A stretch of 64,000 nucleotides of DNA from Octopus vulgaris (GCA_951406725.2 OX597819.1:49662001-49726000), one strand, 5' to 3'; positions 1-15,696 are shown, counted from the stretch's first letter. The notes: generated from the sequence alone by a model not told the origin. Numbers and translations: made by a program.

Positions 1-204
1 CACCAAGATATCAAATCAATGTCAGAACTGAAAGCTAGTTCATATTCTTACAAAAGATTAAATCCCTTGTCCAAGAACTGGTATAGTCCATTCAACAGGA
101 CTCTGTACTATTTCTACCAACCTAATTTAACAGGATCCTGCCAACAAATAAACTAATGAAGGAAACAAAAGATGGATTTAGTACGAATTTTTAGTACTAA
201 ACCC

Positions 205-335
205 ATTTTCCATTTCCTTCCTCACCACAAGTCTTGCTCCCTTGTCATCTCCTTAATTAGGCCCAGTGTCTGAAGATCCTTTCTCACCACTTTGTTCCAC
301 GTCTTCCTAGGTCTTTCCACATTGTCATCATTGTT
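205..335 (-). mobile_element. RTE-type LINE 3' end remnant
   Basis: Minus strand encodes RPRKTWNKVVRKDLQTLGLIKEMTREQDLW, the RP.KTW...V..DL...W motif at the end of RTE ORFs. Confidence 0.55.
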
Positions 336-539
336 TTAACATCTACTTTTCCAAGCTTGTATGGGTTGGGCTGAGTTTAATGGGATAAATTTTCTACACC
401 AACACTGCAGATTTCTTGACACAGATCCAGTGAAAATTATATCGTAACTGTGGATGACACCATGTAGCCCAAACAGTGAATGTACTTTAATTGGCATGTA
501 TCCAAAGTCCAAATAGTTACATATATACATACACACAGA

Positions 540-765
540 TGCAGGCTGCTTGATTAAGAAGCTCATTTGCCAACCTCATGGTTTCAGGTTCAGTCCCACT
601 ACGTGACACCTTGGATAAGTGTCTTCTGCTATAGCCCAAGGCCAACCAGTGCTTGTGTATGTGAATTTGGTAGATGGAAAGTGAAATAAGCTGATCATGT
701 GCATATGAATTTGTGTGTGTCTTTGTACTCCCACTGATTGATAAACAGTGTTGGTTTGTTTGGTG
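540..765 (+). mobile_element. SINE family B, truncated (gro intron 3)
   Basis: GGTTCAGTCCCACTACGTGACACCTTGGATAAGTGTCTTCTGCTATAGCC. Confidence 0.75.
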
Positions 766-769
766 GGAG

Positions 770-938
770 GGGGTTAATCAATTACATTGACCCCAAGATA
801 TAACTGGTACTTATTTTGTGGACCCAGAAAGGATGAAAGGCAAAGATAGCCTTGGCAGCATTTGAACTCAGAACACAAAGACAGATGAAAAGTCACTAAG
901 CATTTTGTCCCATATGCCAACGATTCTACCAGCTCGCC
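770..938 (-). mobile_element. SINE family A copy (gro intron 3)
   Basis: Diverged GAAAGGATGAAAGGCAAAG..TTTGAACTCAGAAC..CCAGCTCGCC. Confidence 0.75.
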
Positions 939-1788
939 AACTTGATAATAATAATTTAGATAGTGATTTTCTAATTGTGTGTTCATTAAAATCCACACAT
1001 GAAAAGAAAGAATGTTTTCAGAAGTTATACCGATTTTGATCAAAATTTCTGAAATGTCAAAAGCTTTGATAAAAAAATAAAAATGGTGTTGAAAATATCT
1101 AATTAAATGTTAGAGCTATTTTTAGTAAATTATGAAACATGAATTTTAAAAAAAAAAAAAAAAATTATTATATGACTATATTTTGTGTGCATGTGTGTAC
1201 TACATAAGTGTGTACATCTATTTTATACAAGCACTAGTGCTTATTTGGCAAATGGACATACAATGCATATGTGCAGATGTTATCAGGATATACATGCGTG
1301 CAGCTGTGTACTTATGCAGAGAAACGCATGTAAAAATGTATAAGTGTATGTGTTTATGCTGGGAAAAATGTGAGCGTACCTACACACTCAGATATAGCAA
1401 TAAGCACACACACACAAACATAAATATGTAAGTGTAGAGAAACTATGAACAAGTTATGAACAAAGCATTGACTGTTTGGCAATAGACTTTAACAATAACA
1501 ACACGAACAAAAGTCTGTCAAGTGTAGGTCATTGTAAAATGTGACTTGTAAGTACATGACAGTGTTAGTAAGCTACTTCACTAAAACAATGAATACTATC
1601 TCTTTAATGTCAAGTATGAACACTTGAGCTATTTGACACACACACACACACACACACATACATACACAGGTACACTAAACCAGGACTCTTCCTTCAAACT
1701 GAAGTTTTCTCCAGTACAGCTGTAACTTATTTATTTCATTGCAAATACAGGTTTGCTTGCTCTCATACTATGTATGCATACTTGTATG

Positions 1789-1820
<32 letters not shown>

Positions 1821-2868
1821 TGTGTGCAACAGTGATGTATTTATTCCAGCTAGTGTAGTCCAAACGACACTGGTATACGGGTAAAAAAAAAATTATCCAC
1901 ATCTCTCTTACATGTAGAGAGAAAGTGTGTCCGACAATTAAGAAAGATAGTGTGAAAGATAGGCGAGACATAGAGACAAAGTTGAAAGAAAGTATTTTGT
2001 TTTTGAAGTTAGTTTAAACAATCAGCTGCAAATAGGGGGAATCCAATTCCATTGGGAATGATCTCTTTTGGTGAAGCAAAGTTAAAAGAGACAGTAAAAG
2101 TTATAATCTTAATACAGGAACTTTAGAACAGATCAGCATACCAACTAAGTTTGATTACTGGCCAAGAAGGCAAGATGATAGCACATAAGGCAACACTATA
2201 ACTGGTGCACGGCATTAATCACATACACAGAGGTGTGAATCATCCACTGTCAATAAGAGTAGATTAGAATGTGAATACTTGAACAATATTATATAACATC
2301 CGTCTATATAAAACAGAAAGGTTTGTAGATGAAATAATAAAAATCAATGACTGACTGAATAAATGAAAACTTTAAAAGGAATAGGGAAAAGAGAGGAAAA
2401 GACAAAATATAAAAAAAAAAACAATCGAATTTTAAAAATTTATTTTGACTAATAATTGTTTAAAGAACTTGTGATTAACTTTCTATTCTGTCAACAAAAC
2501 AAACCAGTTCAACATCTTAAAGACCATCTGCTCCTAGCCTGCTAACATACAAACACAGTGTCAACCTCCTTCATTCACTGTGCACTACAATTAGTGCCCC
2601 AGGACAGAGCAGAGAATCCAGTAATTTGTCATTTGTGTAGAACTAGTGGGAGTTAATAAGCATGACAACAGCTTGAAGAATATACTTTAAATATTTTTGC
2701 TTTTTTTTTTTGTTGTTGCTATCACCACCACCTCCATGTCACCCTCTGTCTTTCATGTGGTACTTTCTGATGACACAGACCCATGATGCCTAAAGGAGCA
2801 AGCTGAGGAGGAGGAGGAGAAATCATCTGTTCTTTTATGACCGTGTGCCTGTATGTGGATGGATGGAT

Positions 2869-2938
<70 letters not shown>

Positions 2939-5900
2939 GAATGTGTGTATGTACACAAACACACACAAGTATTTTTGAAGTACATCTGAACTTAGGAATA
3001 AAACAAAACTTTAGTAGCTAACAAAACACACACACACACAGATATAACAAAATTAATCTTTTGCTAAGTAGAAATTATTAAAATGAAAATTAATTTTACC
3101 TCGCTTTTCTAGTTCTAACCATTCCAAAGTCAGAAAATTAATTCAATATCTATTATGATATCTTGCATTCTATAAAGCAATTTATTATAAGTGATAGGTT
3201 TATGTAATTATTACATAACCTATTACATATTTTGAAGTTGAGTATTATTAGTAAGATTAAGTTCCACCTAAATTTACTGGCATCAGACCACCAAAGTGAA
3301 TAGGAAAAACATTACGTCTAACAAAAACATATTTCAAAGTTGCTAAAATTCCATATACTTTAGTGAGACTCCCATGTTTTAAGGGTTAGGCAAAGTGTTA
3401 ATTAAATAAACATGTAGCACTCAGTTGAAGAATAAAGTAACGAAGCTTCATAGCTGATTACTAACTACTTATTATGCTTGCACACTTAATTAAGCACACT
3501 CAGTCCACTCCAATATTCCTATAATTACTCTGGAAGGATCAAAGCTGCGAGTGTGTTAGAGTGTGTTACATAGAAATTCTCGATTCACATAGGAATCAGC
3601 TTTGAAATCTATGCCAATGACTCACTGTAACAACATGTCAAATACATAGTTGTTGCTAGTCAAATTAATAACACGGAGCAATAAAATTTACATTGTTCTT
3701 TATCAAAGAACTATAGCTTAGAAAACAAAAATGAAAAACTATAAAAAAATATTATAGCAACACCCACCCTGTGTTTTCACATGACAAGCAATAAAACTAC
3801 CAGTTAATAAATATAAATATATATATATATATATATTTCTCTTAGTACAGGGTGTAACAGTTAAGACCATGCTGGATCTATAATTTCAGTTCTACTACTC
3901 GTCCAGATACTTATCTTTTTAGCAAGCGTTAGACAACAATTTGGTAAATCTGCTGTCAGAGTGCCATTCCCAGAACAAATTCAACAACAAGTAAACTGCT
4001 TAAAGACACCATTTTAAAATCAACCTATGTGTATCTACAGCATGTTATGGAAATCAAAAATAATATCCTAAGCCAAACTGGAGCAAAACAATGACAACAG
4101 CTCGTGTTTAACGAAGGTATATGATTACATATCTTCTTCACACTACCACAATCATACCATTAAGCATTCAGATCCGTTCGGTTTTACGTCGTTATTTTCA
4201 TGCTTGCATGGGTAAGACGCTTCCTAGTAAACAGTAAATCTTGTTCACCCACTGTAACCAACAAGCAATTCAAGTTCCCTATTATCCATTCACATGAGAA
4301 ATTAAATATCTCTTTGTTTTCTCTTTGATTCTATTACTCCACAGTAAAACTTTATGACATGTATCTATTCTCACAATTAAACCGAACACGTTTGTTTATT
4401 ATAATAATTAATGAAAAAGAGATTATAATGATAATTAATAATAATAAAGTGAACATTAACATTTCATAAGTGAAAACAATTATGAGTAAAACAAGTTAAT
4501 ATTTAAGCTATTTTAGTTTATGCTCACAGTAATTTAGTTGACAAAATATTTATCTAGTAATGTCATTATCTGCTATATTCCGCGAAAATACAATTCACTC
4601 GAGAGGTTAATTTGTCTCCAGCTAGTACAGGATGTATGTATGTATATATTATTTATATATATTATACACACACACACACACCGACATTAGATAAACACGC
4701 CTAGTGTGTAAGTTGCACTTCTGAAAGCCTCCGTCTTTTCTGTTTAGTTTTTACCTCAACAGACAGACATCCTATGTATATCTTAGTGGTTGCGAAAACA
4801 TGAAACCACTATATTCTAGACTCCAGTACTTTATACACTAAATAACCCTGAATAATCTAACAATTCCACCCACCTACTTGCTCTCATAGACAGCTAATTA
4901 AAACAGTTGCAAGAAAAAATATGGCAGTTGGAGGGAAAAACTTCTTTTTTTTTTTTTTTGCTTGCTTTATCAGAAAGCAAATTATTTACTCGCATACATA
5001 TATATGTATAAAACCGAAGTGATAGCAAATGAATACCGACAAATGTTTACCGGTCGGCTAAAAACAAAAACAACAAAACAATCTAAGTGGATTATCTAGG
5101 TTAAATTGGTCCGAGTAGATAAAAATAAAGACTATTTCAGATTAATCTATTATTTGTGTTGGCAACTGACTGACTTAGCATTAAATAAAAGACAACATCG
5201 TTCAGCTGTTCCAATGTGTGAAGGTTCAAGGCATTTTCCCCTTCCCCGACAACCGACACTTTGGAATAAAAAAAGCCGTTAAAAATTTAATCCTCTAAAT
5301 ATTATATTACGGTGATCATCATTTGATAAAAGGTCCAATGGTTGATTTTTCAGTTTTGTTTCGATTTTTTGAAAAACAGATCCTACCCAAGAAAGTAGGG
5401 AATCACACGCAAAGTATTCTACTATCTCTAAGTCACGCACGTCTCCTGAAATTTGCCCTTTTAATAAATAAATAAATAATTTAAATAGTGAACAAATAAG
5501 AACATGGAACTTTATGGGTTAAATTATTTGGGGTACACTTCTTTATAAAAAGCATGAAACTTATCACCTATGCATGTTATCCCATTTAAAAATTACAAAA
5601 TTCCTATGAAGGAAAGACTTTCTAATTTGCAATTGTCGACTATAAAACTTCAAACAAACAAAACAATCTAATTTATGGCTAATAGAATCAAGGCTTTAAA
5701 AGAATGAAGAAGCATAAATGTAAATAAAAGATTGTATAAACACCGAGACATTTGAAAGAAAAGGTTAAAATTAAAATTAGAAATAGTTCCATATTTCCCC
5801 TCAAAGCTATATATCTATATGTATTGTGTGTGTGTGTGTAGTTATTTAATAGGGTTATTTTCGTTATTCTAAATACGTAAATTTGTATAATCTAAAAAGT

Positions 5901-8727
5901 AAAACAAAAAGGTTAGACAAGTACGTGTGAAGTCAACGACGTGTTTTCCTTGTTTATTGATGTTTAAAAACAATTAGCATCGCATAAACACACGTGTTTA
6001 AATTTCAGATCAATTTTGTTTTCTTTCTTCCCACGAGAAACTGCATAATGTTTTTCTCACATCTGTAAAAGGTTAAAAATTCCTGGCTGGCAATGCTACA
6101 AAATAAAAACTGGATCTAAAAACAAGTTACTTTTAGAAATTATATAAACTTACAACAACTGTACCCTTCCCGACCCGTTCACACTTAACTTCAACTTTCT
6201 AACTTTTTTTTCTTCTAAATGCTAAAAAGTTTATTCTTTATTTGAGTATTGAAATGCCGAAATCAGATGTTAAATATTTTCGTTGAATGAAACAACCTTT
6301 AAGTAATGCTACTTTATTCTTTAACAACATTAAATTTTTGTAGTAAATTGCCAGTAAAAAAAAAAAGAGAAAGACAGAAACCAAGTCGCCATATGACCTC
6401 AACTTGACCTCTCAGCTATTCCCTTTCCCTATTTCGTCTTTTCCTTTTTTCTTGTAAAACTACCTTCATTCTTTTGTAATCTATTTCTTGTTCAAATAGA
6501 AACGAGAAGCTTTGTAAAGTGCCGCCACTGAGATCCACAAATGTGTGTGTGTATGTGTGTATTATGTATTTAATATATATAATGTATGCCTACATATATG
6601 TATATTATATATGTACTATGTATATATATATATTTGTGTATAAATATTTGTATATATACATATATGCATGTGTGTGTATAGATAACGCGGGAATACAAAC
6701 AGGCCCCTGGATTTCAGAAGGACAAATAGTTTCTAGCAACAGTGACACACTCCACATATCCCTTACAAAGAATGTAAAACAAATGTTTTGTCTAATAAAT
6801 GAGTTATCGGAACAGGAAAACATCTGAAGACAAAAGGAAGAAAGGCTCACATTTCCACGTTTTTTAAAATTTTCTTCCCCACTTAACATACGGTTGGAAA
6901 GAATTACTATCATTATCATTATTATTATTTATCTAAATAATAACAAAACCGGTTTTTTAAAAATGCAACCATCATAAAGATACTTATTGTGACACATAAC
7001 TGGAGAAATTTTAAAGCTCTTTATAAAATTGTTATAAAAAGAAAAAAAGCGATTAATTTGTATGAGATTAGTACGTGAAAAACAATAAATGACAGGAAGG
7101 AGACAGAGAAGGAGTAGAAAAATAGAAAGGACCATCTGCGAACACTTATTACTTTAGGTCTAGGAAGCCTCTTTAAATCTATAAAACTAATAAGGATGCT
7201 GACTAACTGAGCTATACATTCTATACAAATAATAGGAAAACTACAAATATCTCTATCAACAGTAATAATCTAATAAAAGTAACGAATAATAATAATCGGT
7301 CATTTCATAGTAATCTTGGGATTTTCATTGTTGCCGGGAATGAAATAAATGGCGTCGAGAGCCATTAGGAGAAAGCGTGTTGTGGGAGACATTTACGGTT
7401 ACACTCAGGGATTTCCCTCCAACTAATTCTGTTATGACGGTGATAATAAATAAATATATACATCTTTGGTGTATTTACAAAAAGAAAACTATAAAGAGAA
7501 AATTTAAATGGTTATATGAAGTCCCAGAAAGATCAAACTTGGTGAGTTTGTAAGGATATTATAAATAACAATATAGTGAGTGATGGGGCTCTGAGTATGT
7601 TTTGTTCATCGCAGACATAGTAGTAGAGCATAAACAATAGAACAGCCAGCCGCTCACTCAAGTAAGCTTGATGGAAAATACTACTGAATCCCAGAAAATC
7701 AGACACAATAAACTAACTAGACGTTCATCAAAAATACAATTATATTTACACACACCATATTTATTTATAAACATATGATTTTCCACGTTCGTTATAAAAC
7801 AAGCCTTTTCTTCCACATCCGCAAACCGACACAAAGATGCTTTCTAGAGCAACCGCAACGACCAAAAGGGATTTTCTTTCAGTAACCAGAACGGATCGTA
7901 AAAACTTTATCTACACAAACAGGAAAACGAAGGAGGAAGGTGGACCGACAAACTTCCAAATAATCTCAGCAATTGACTTAGAATCAGATGAAATTAATCG
8001 ACAAAACAAGTCGGCATTAACTCTCATCTAAAAACTTAGCCCCACCACACCGGCTTCTCGTTCAATCGGATCGGATTAATCGTCCTAATCCGGCTATGTA
8101 AATATTTTCACAATTATTTATGGCAAGCTGCTGAAAATGATAATACTTAATAACTAATTAAAACACTTCAGTAGTGCTTCTGTGTGTGTGATTTCCTAGA
8201 ATTAAAACTCATCTGATCAGGAATTAATTTTCAGTTTACAGTGAAATTCGGTTATATTTTACACATATATATGTGTGTGTGTGCGTGTATATATATATAT
8301 ATATACACATGTATGTGTGTGTGTGTGTGTGTGTTTATGCAAGTACACTTGCATGAGTACATTGTTTAATTCAATGTGTTCTAACCTCTCACAAACACTA
8401 ACCACATCTATCACTTCTTGAAGACATTCTCAGGGTTCGGTGAACTTCTTCCGCCAGGTCAAAAATAAGGAAATCTCTATCACACACATACACACGAAAA
8501 TGTCGGTCAAAATTTCAAATGAACACAAGCGCAAGATATAACAATAATTTGAAATGATTTGTACAATGAACCAATGAATAATGATAAAGACTGATAAAGA
8601 AAACTCGAAATATTCTACTCAACAAGATCTTGACATTTTTGTTAAGATAACTATCACAAGATTAGGATTAATTCAGACTAACTTTTGTATTTAACAGAAG
8701 GTGTTACGTTTTTATGAAACTGATTTT

Positions 8728-9195
8728 CGCAGGCATGGCTGTGTGGTTAAGAAGTTCAGTTCACAACCAAATGGTTTCGCTTTCGATCACACCGAACGGT
8801 ACTTGTTAGTGGCATTTGGGAGTCGGAAAATGCCAAAGTCAGTAGTGCGCGCAGACACGGCTGTGTGATAAAAAGCTTGCTTTCCAGCCACATGGTTTCA
8901 GGTTTAGTCCCATAACGTGGCTCCTTGGACAAGTGTCTTCTGCTATAGCACTGGTCAATCGAAGTCTTATGAGTGGATATGGTAGGCACAAAACCGAAAG
9001 AAGCCCGTTGCATATATGTGTGTGTGCCCCGCCACTGCTTGACAACTTGTTTTGGTTTGTCTTTATAACTTAGCAGTTCGGCCATGAACCAATAGAGTAA
9101 GTACCAGACTTGAAAATAAATATGGGAGTCCATTTGTTTGACTGAAACTCATCAAGATGGTACCCCAGCATGATCGCAGTGCAATAATTGAGAAA
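8728..9195 (+). mobile_element. SINE family B head fragment plus near full copy (gro intron 3)
   Basis: Two GGC(A/T)..GGCTGTGTG heads (8730, 8850) followed by body and tail. Confidence 0.75.
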
Positions 9196-11540
9196 CAGAC
9201 GGACAGATAGGTGGGCATCTGTGTTTTGTTCACTCAGTCCAGAACAGCAAATATTTGTCATTCTACATTATAAATTAATTTCAAATTCAAACACTGTTGA
9301 GAAACTATTTGTAGCCTGAGAGATGGTTCTCATGACTTGCAGCAGGCATTCAACTTTATTTACGATTGTACCGCACTAATATATCATTAACATTTAACGT
9401 CTGTTGTCCATGCTGGCATGGGTTGAACGGTTTGACCAGGGCTGGTAAGCCGAGGGGTAGCACTAGACCCTAGTCTGATTTGGCATGGTTTCTACGTCTG
9501 GATGCCCGTCCTAAGACCAATCGCTCTGAAAGTGTAATGGGTACTTTTGCATGCTACCAGCACAGGTGTTAGTTGCATGACACCAGCATCTGCCATGACT
9601 ATATATATATATATTAATTGTGATGATGATGATTGATTATATCTGAAATCAGGACTGATATGACTCCATCTCGCTTGTTATAGGGAGGGAGCCTGTCTCC
9701 CTTGTCAGCAGTCAGAAAAGTATATATATATAAAAAAACAACAACTTTACCCTAGATATTCTTTATCTAGTCACAAGTTAATCAAAAGGAAACATAATAT
9801 ATACTTATGGCTAAAGTTGTTTTAAACAGCTTATGCAATATTGCCAAGAGTACATAGAATGCCAACAAACCTAATATTCGAAACTTAATACACACATCAC
9901 AAAAACACGTGTAAACTGAAACAATGAAAAAAATCAAAGGAAGATGGACAATGTATGTACACCAGCCAAACATATCAATACTTGAAAGCAAAATCAATTC
10001 TGCAGTAGACAGGAAGGTAAACTACATATTGGAAATAGTCTGAAAGACTTTAAAACAGCAACCAGACCAAATGCTGATATTTCCCACCCAGTGTATCAAT
10101 GTTAATAATAATAAGAAGAAATGCGCCCTTTTAAAGCCTAGCCAGGCTCATGGGCCCGGTTTCTATGGCGTATGTGTTCCCCAGCTGGACGGGACGCCAG
10201 TCCATTGCAGCTGAGTGGACTGGAGCAACGTGAAATGAAATGTTTTGCTTAAGAATACGTATCGCCCGATCCAGGAATCGAAACCACAATCTTACGATCA
10301 TGGTGCTGACACCCTAACCACTAAGCCATGCACCTCCACTATCAATGTTAATACAAGCCCCTAACCTATTAGGTGTTCCCTTAAAATGGCAAAAACCTGC
10401 AACCTCCATAGGAAAGCAAATTTATTGTCCCTCTTCCCCCAAGGTAGTTTGCATTTATAGAATTCATCAACCATGGTGTTGAGCAAATTGAAAATGTTTA
10501 CAATAATCACTTAAACATGGTAATTCTTTCGTCCTGCTCCAAACATCAATAGTTACCCTCCCTTAGAAACAAAAACACTTCCCTGATGGAAAAATGGAGA
10601 CTGATAAATGGTGTGACTGAATCAGCAGTTTGGTAGAAGGGACGGATAGAATAAATAAGTACCATCTTTAAAAATAAGTACTGGGGTGCATTTGTTTGAC
10701 TAAACCCATCCAGATGGTACCTCAGCAAAGCAGCAACTCAAAGACTGAGTAACTGGTTAAATAAAAAGGTTTTGATGGACAAATTCTCTCTAAGTTTTTA
10801 CACACAGCAAACCGAGAACAACCAATAAAGTTCTTAAAGATAGCCTTTGAGTACTAAGAAAGGTGTGCAGTGACAATAAATAATTTTACTTTGACACACG
10901 CACACACCATTTAGCCTCCATGTTCAATGCTGAAATGGGTTGTATACTGAATTTCACCCTTAGCTGGGCTGTTCACTCCAACTAAGAGGGAAACTCAAGA
11001 GTAGACTGTCAATTTTGATAAATAAATATATCTACTTCTCACGGCCTATTGAGTTCACCAGATGTTTTCACTTTATATATATATATATAATAACCTATAT
11101 ACCAACACAATGAAAGGTAATTTTTATGTTGGCTCATAGTACAACTTGAAAGAGATCGGGACAGAGAAAACTGAAAATGTTAGCATATTACAGGAACTTA
11201 TCATTCCTTCATAAAGTTTTTGGGAAAGCCAACCCATGGTTCGAACGCAGAACCAACACTGTGGTATCTTGGGGATACTATGAATGACCTCTCATCTAAC
11301 AGCACATATGATTTCCAACTACACTCTACCTACTTAACTTCTGAAATTAGGACAGACCGAAGCATTAAGAAAGACTCGTGCTTCTTGAGTTGATTAAGTG
11401 TATATAGAAGAGCACTTGGCCACTAAACTCCCAAGTACACCACAAGAAAAACTCAACTTCTTCACAGAAGCCAAATTATATATATATAGATAGATAGATA
11501 TATCATATATATATACACACGCACACAGACACACACTTAC

Positions 11541-11604
11541 CATGACGTAATGTCGTTGCATTTCTGTTTTTTCCTGTGCAAGTTTTTCACATTCCATCTT
11601 GAGA
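11541..11604 (-). CDS. gro: Groucho/TLE coding exon 3 (Q domain: (N)LKMECEKLAQEKTEMQRHYVM)
   Basis: 64-nt exon with TTTTGTAG acceptor and GTAAGT donor. Phase 2 joins exon 2 (AA+T = Asn). The peptide is visible inside track ORF 11394..11645. Confidence 0.96.
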
Positions 11605-12014
11605 CTACAAAATAAAGATAACACCATTTCAGCTTTCGGGATCAATTAAGATAAGACAATTTCATAAAATACCACACACACACACATACACCGACAACAA
11701 AAACAACAAATATTTAAAATAGGAGGCAAAACAGAGAAAAAAGAAAATTAAGACAAATTGAAGAGAATAGCATTTTTATTAATATTTATATCCATAAAAC
11801 TATCAACACATACACGCACACCTATTACTCTGGCTAGTTATATCCACGCATTACTGTATCTATCCATATATACACACAATTATTTATCTACTTACAACTA
11901 TCTGTATATACACATCCATATAAATAGGAAGTGAATTACTGTTTTATAGTACATAGGATATTTCGAAGGGAAGAGAGACATGGTGACGAAAAAGAAGCGC
12001 TAAGCTTAACAATT

Positions 12015-12092
<78 letters not shown>

Positions 12093-12340
12093 TATAGAGT
12101 AATGAGGGAATGTACTGTTGGTTCAGTATAATGGATCAATAAAAACCGAACATCCAGTTCCCATTACATGTTCCCCCCTCATAATGTAGTTGAGCAGGTA
12201 TGGAACACTTCACACACACATACACACGGGAAGTACGTATATAACAGCACACATGTTTACATTGTGTGTATGTGCATTCATCGATCGACGTGTAAATATA
12301 CAGAGCAAACATCTATTGTAATAACGAATAACATTTTCCG

Positions 12341-12394
<54 letters not shown>

Positions 12395-12503
12395 AGCAAG
12401 ACTCGGAATAAATTGCCTTTCCACTATTTATCCTGAACACACAAACACACCTATATATGTAAACATTCTCTCTCTATCTCTCTCTCATATACACACACAC
12501 ACA

Positions 12504-12660
12504 CGGTGGTTAGTTGGCGGAATCAATAGAGCACCGGACAAAATGCCTGCGGTATTTGCTCAGGTTCTTTAATATTCTGAGCTCAAATCCCGCCGAGGAC
12601 AGCTTTGTGTATCATCCTTCCGGATTCAACAAAAATCTAGTATTAGTCAGGTGGTGGAGG
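12504..12660 (+). mobile_element. SINE family A copy, diverged (gro intron 2)
   Basis: TTGGCGGAATC..GAGCTCAAATCCCGCCGAGG..CATCCTTCCGG. Confidence 0.65.
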
Positions 12661-13044
12661 GCAACTCCCCTCCAGCTGTCACGTCTCAGACGTTCCATTG
12701 AGTCAAGGCTGAGAGAATCGAGATGGTGCTAATTGTTCATTCGCGACTACACGGTCCCTAAAATACATTTTAGCAAAACGATATGCTGTATAATACCAGG
12801 TCATAACTCGAACCACGAATGGTGGTCGTATTACCACACACACACACTGGCGTAGATCGCAATGTTGGACTACAAGTAATGCAACCTTACGCCTCGAACA
12901 TATTGGGCAATTGTCTGTGGGGTCATTCTATGTATGCTGTGACTTGCTGTTAATTTGCTTTGTCCGGGGGTAAAGCAATTCTATCAAGGCGGTGCTGCTC
13001 CCTGTTACGAATATACTAAAAAATAGTGTCAACAATCACAAAAT

Positions 13045-13525
13045 TCATCCAAACCACATGCTTCTGGGTCCAATCCCAGTGTGACACCTTGGGTAAGTGT
13101 CTTCTACGAAAACCGGACCGGCCAAATCATTGTAAGTGGATTTTGTGAAACTGAAAGAAACCCGTCGTATATATATGCACACACACACACATACATATAT
13201 GTGTGTGTGTGTGTGTGTGTGATGTCCAATTTGCTGTTAATAATTAAATTATTAATTTCCCAATCTCCATTTTCTTCTTTTAATTGAATAAACATACACA
13301 CACACACGTGTGTGTATGTGTTTGTTCTCCATCATCGCTTAACAACCGGTGTTGACCTGTTTACGTAACCGAAACGTAGCGGTTCGACAAACAAACGTGA
13401 CCGATAGAAATAAATAGCAAGCTTCAGAAAATGTCATGTGCCGAGGTCGATTCGTTCGACTAAAACTCTTCAGGGCGGTGTCACAGCATGGTCGCAGTCC
13501 AATGACTGAAGCCGGTATGAAAGAC
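13045..13525 (+). mobile_element. SINE family B (gro intron 2)
   Basis: ACACCTTGGGTAAGTGTCTTC..GAAACTGAAAGAAACCCGTCG..GGTCGCAGTCCAATGACTGAA. Confidence 0.75.
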
Positions 13526-14916
13526 AAGTCACTGTTACATTACAGGAATTGTGCTTTTATTTATTTTTTTTTTCTGTGATTCAGCAAGGAAAACAATTAT
13601 TTGAACAAATAGTGTCGACCCCCACTAGTTAAGTACGGCGGCTGGCAGCGTGTAATAAACACAAGTCTATAGACATGTGTTCCTACGTGCCTGTGAGTTA
13701 AGAACCGTTCATTTAAAATTGACCTACTTAAAGCAGTTAATTAAGTGTTAATTGGAGATATTTTACTCCAGTAATCAACGATGTTATTCAACTATGAAGC
13801 AATAAGTCATAAAAATATAACATCGGAGTTTATATATGTATAACCATTTATTTAAAAGGCGAAATGGAACGACCATAACCTGAGCAAGAGACAGGAAGGG
13901 AAATGATTTATTTAAAATTGTTTAATGAGAACCTATGTTTATATATTGTAAAGATACGAGAGCGAGAGACGGGAAGAGCGGTGGAAAAGAGTAAATAAAA
14001 ATCGTTGAATATATTGGAAGTCATGGAGACACGAAGCGAGTGATCGCATGTATGAATGTGTGCAGATAGATATACGTATATAGATAGAAAGAGAGAGAGA
14101 GAGAGGGAGGGAAAGATAAAGAGGGTAGTAGAGAGTATATAAATAGTGAAGGAGAGTGAGGAGGGACGGAGGGATGAAAAGAAAGGATGCGATGGAATAG
14201 CGGTTTATTGAAAGGCGTTAATTTGAGAAATTAGAAGAACGCTACTTCAGAATAAGAGATCAATAAAACGAACGAGTGAGTGTATCGCTCTTGTTCCAAT
14301 CCAACTCCCCTCATTCTCCCTCTCTCACGCATTATAAAACACACACACACACAAGTCCTTGTTCTTTCTTGTGTTTCCTCCTTCGCCATCACCACCATCG
14401 CTTCATGCTCGCTGCAGACACTTTCTCTTCCTTTAGTACATCGTTAACAATAATTCTGTAGAACGGCAGCACAAGTAAATGGTGGCAGCAGCGGTGAAGT
14501 GGTGGTGGTGATGGTGACGGGGAAACAAACACGGGGAGGGGGGAATAAAGCGAGCGAGGGTGGAAGGGAGGGAAGGATGGAGAAGGAAGAAGAAGCATTA
14601 CAAGTGAGGAGGAGGAGGGATGAGAGGGCGCACGAGAACCAAACGGACAAGCAAGCACATTAATAGAGTATGAGAGATAGGGGAAGGTGAAAGCCAATAG
14701 AACACACACACACACACATTACTGATGCATTTTATGGATGAATACATACATACATACACATATATATATATATGAGGGGATAAACTTACACACGATAGAG
14801 CTTAATGAATACTTACACATGTGAGTGAATGAGGGGAATAAGCTAACACAAATGATAGACCTACACACACACACACATATATATAAATCTTTTGCTATGT
14901 ACATATATGTGTGTAC

Positions 14917-14969
<53 letters not shown>

Positions 14970-15696
14970 AATATTTATTCAATGGCAAAAATGCAATATA
15001 TCAGTGGAGTAGTAATGTTAATAAACAAACATACATTTAAGCGGTAACTAAAATACACACACACACACAGCAAATAGAAGATAACATTACGTTTCCATCA
15101 AGCTCTCTCTCTCTCTCTCTCTCTCTCTTACACATACACACACACACACGATAGAGAAATTAAAAGCGCCACAAAAACCCCTCTCATTCTTCTTTTTTTC
15201 TTTTTTCTCCATCACTTCTGCTGGTTTTTGAACAACTACAAAATCAACTACTTGGCCGCCGTCGCCGCCGCCAATCCAAGGTAGATTAATTTGTCAGGCG
15301 AAATGAGATAGTCTAAATATAGCTGCGTATAAATATACACGGCACATTTCACAAGTGGTATAGTCTAATCACATATAATAATAATAATAATGGCAACAAC
15401 AACAGCAAAAACGGTCTATCGAGAAAGATGGTTGGGTGAAGAGAGAGATTGATTTCTCTCAAATGGATAACGGAAAGATGTAGACAGACGAATGAATGGT
15501 GAATCATGAAATGGTTTATTTATATCACGTACACACATAAATATATATACGCACATACACTCATATATATATGTATATGTAATATACACACACACACACA
15601 CAGACTACGTATATTATATACACAAACGAAATCAATAAAGAAATAGCGATTTTAAGACGAGAAGTAGAATAAAAATATACTGAATGTGTAAGTATG

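Noticed and set aside
1-11540. Search for gro exons 4-5 (YYEMSYGLNVEMHKQ; TEIAKRLN..)
   Set aside because: No matching minus-strand sequence found by eye; presumed left of the window.
11394-11645. Track ORF as an 83-aa protein
   Set aside because: Only 11541-11604 is exonic; the flanks are intron.
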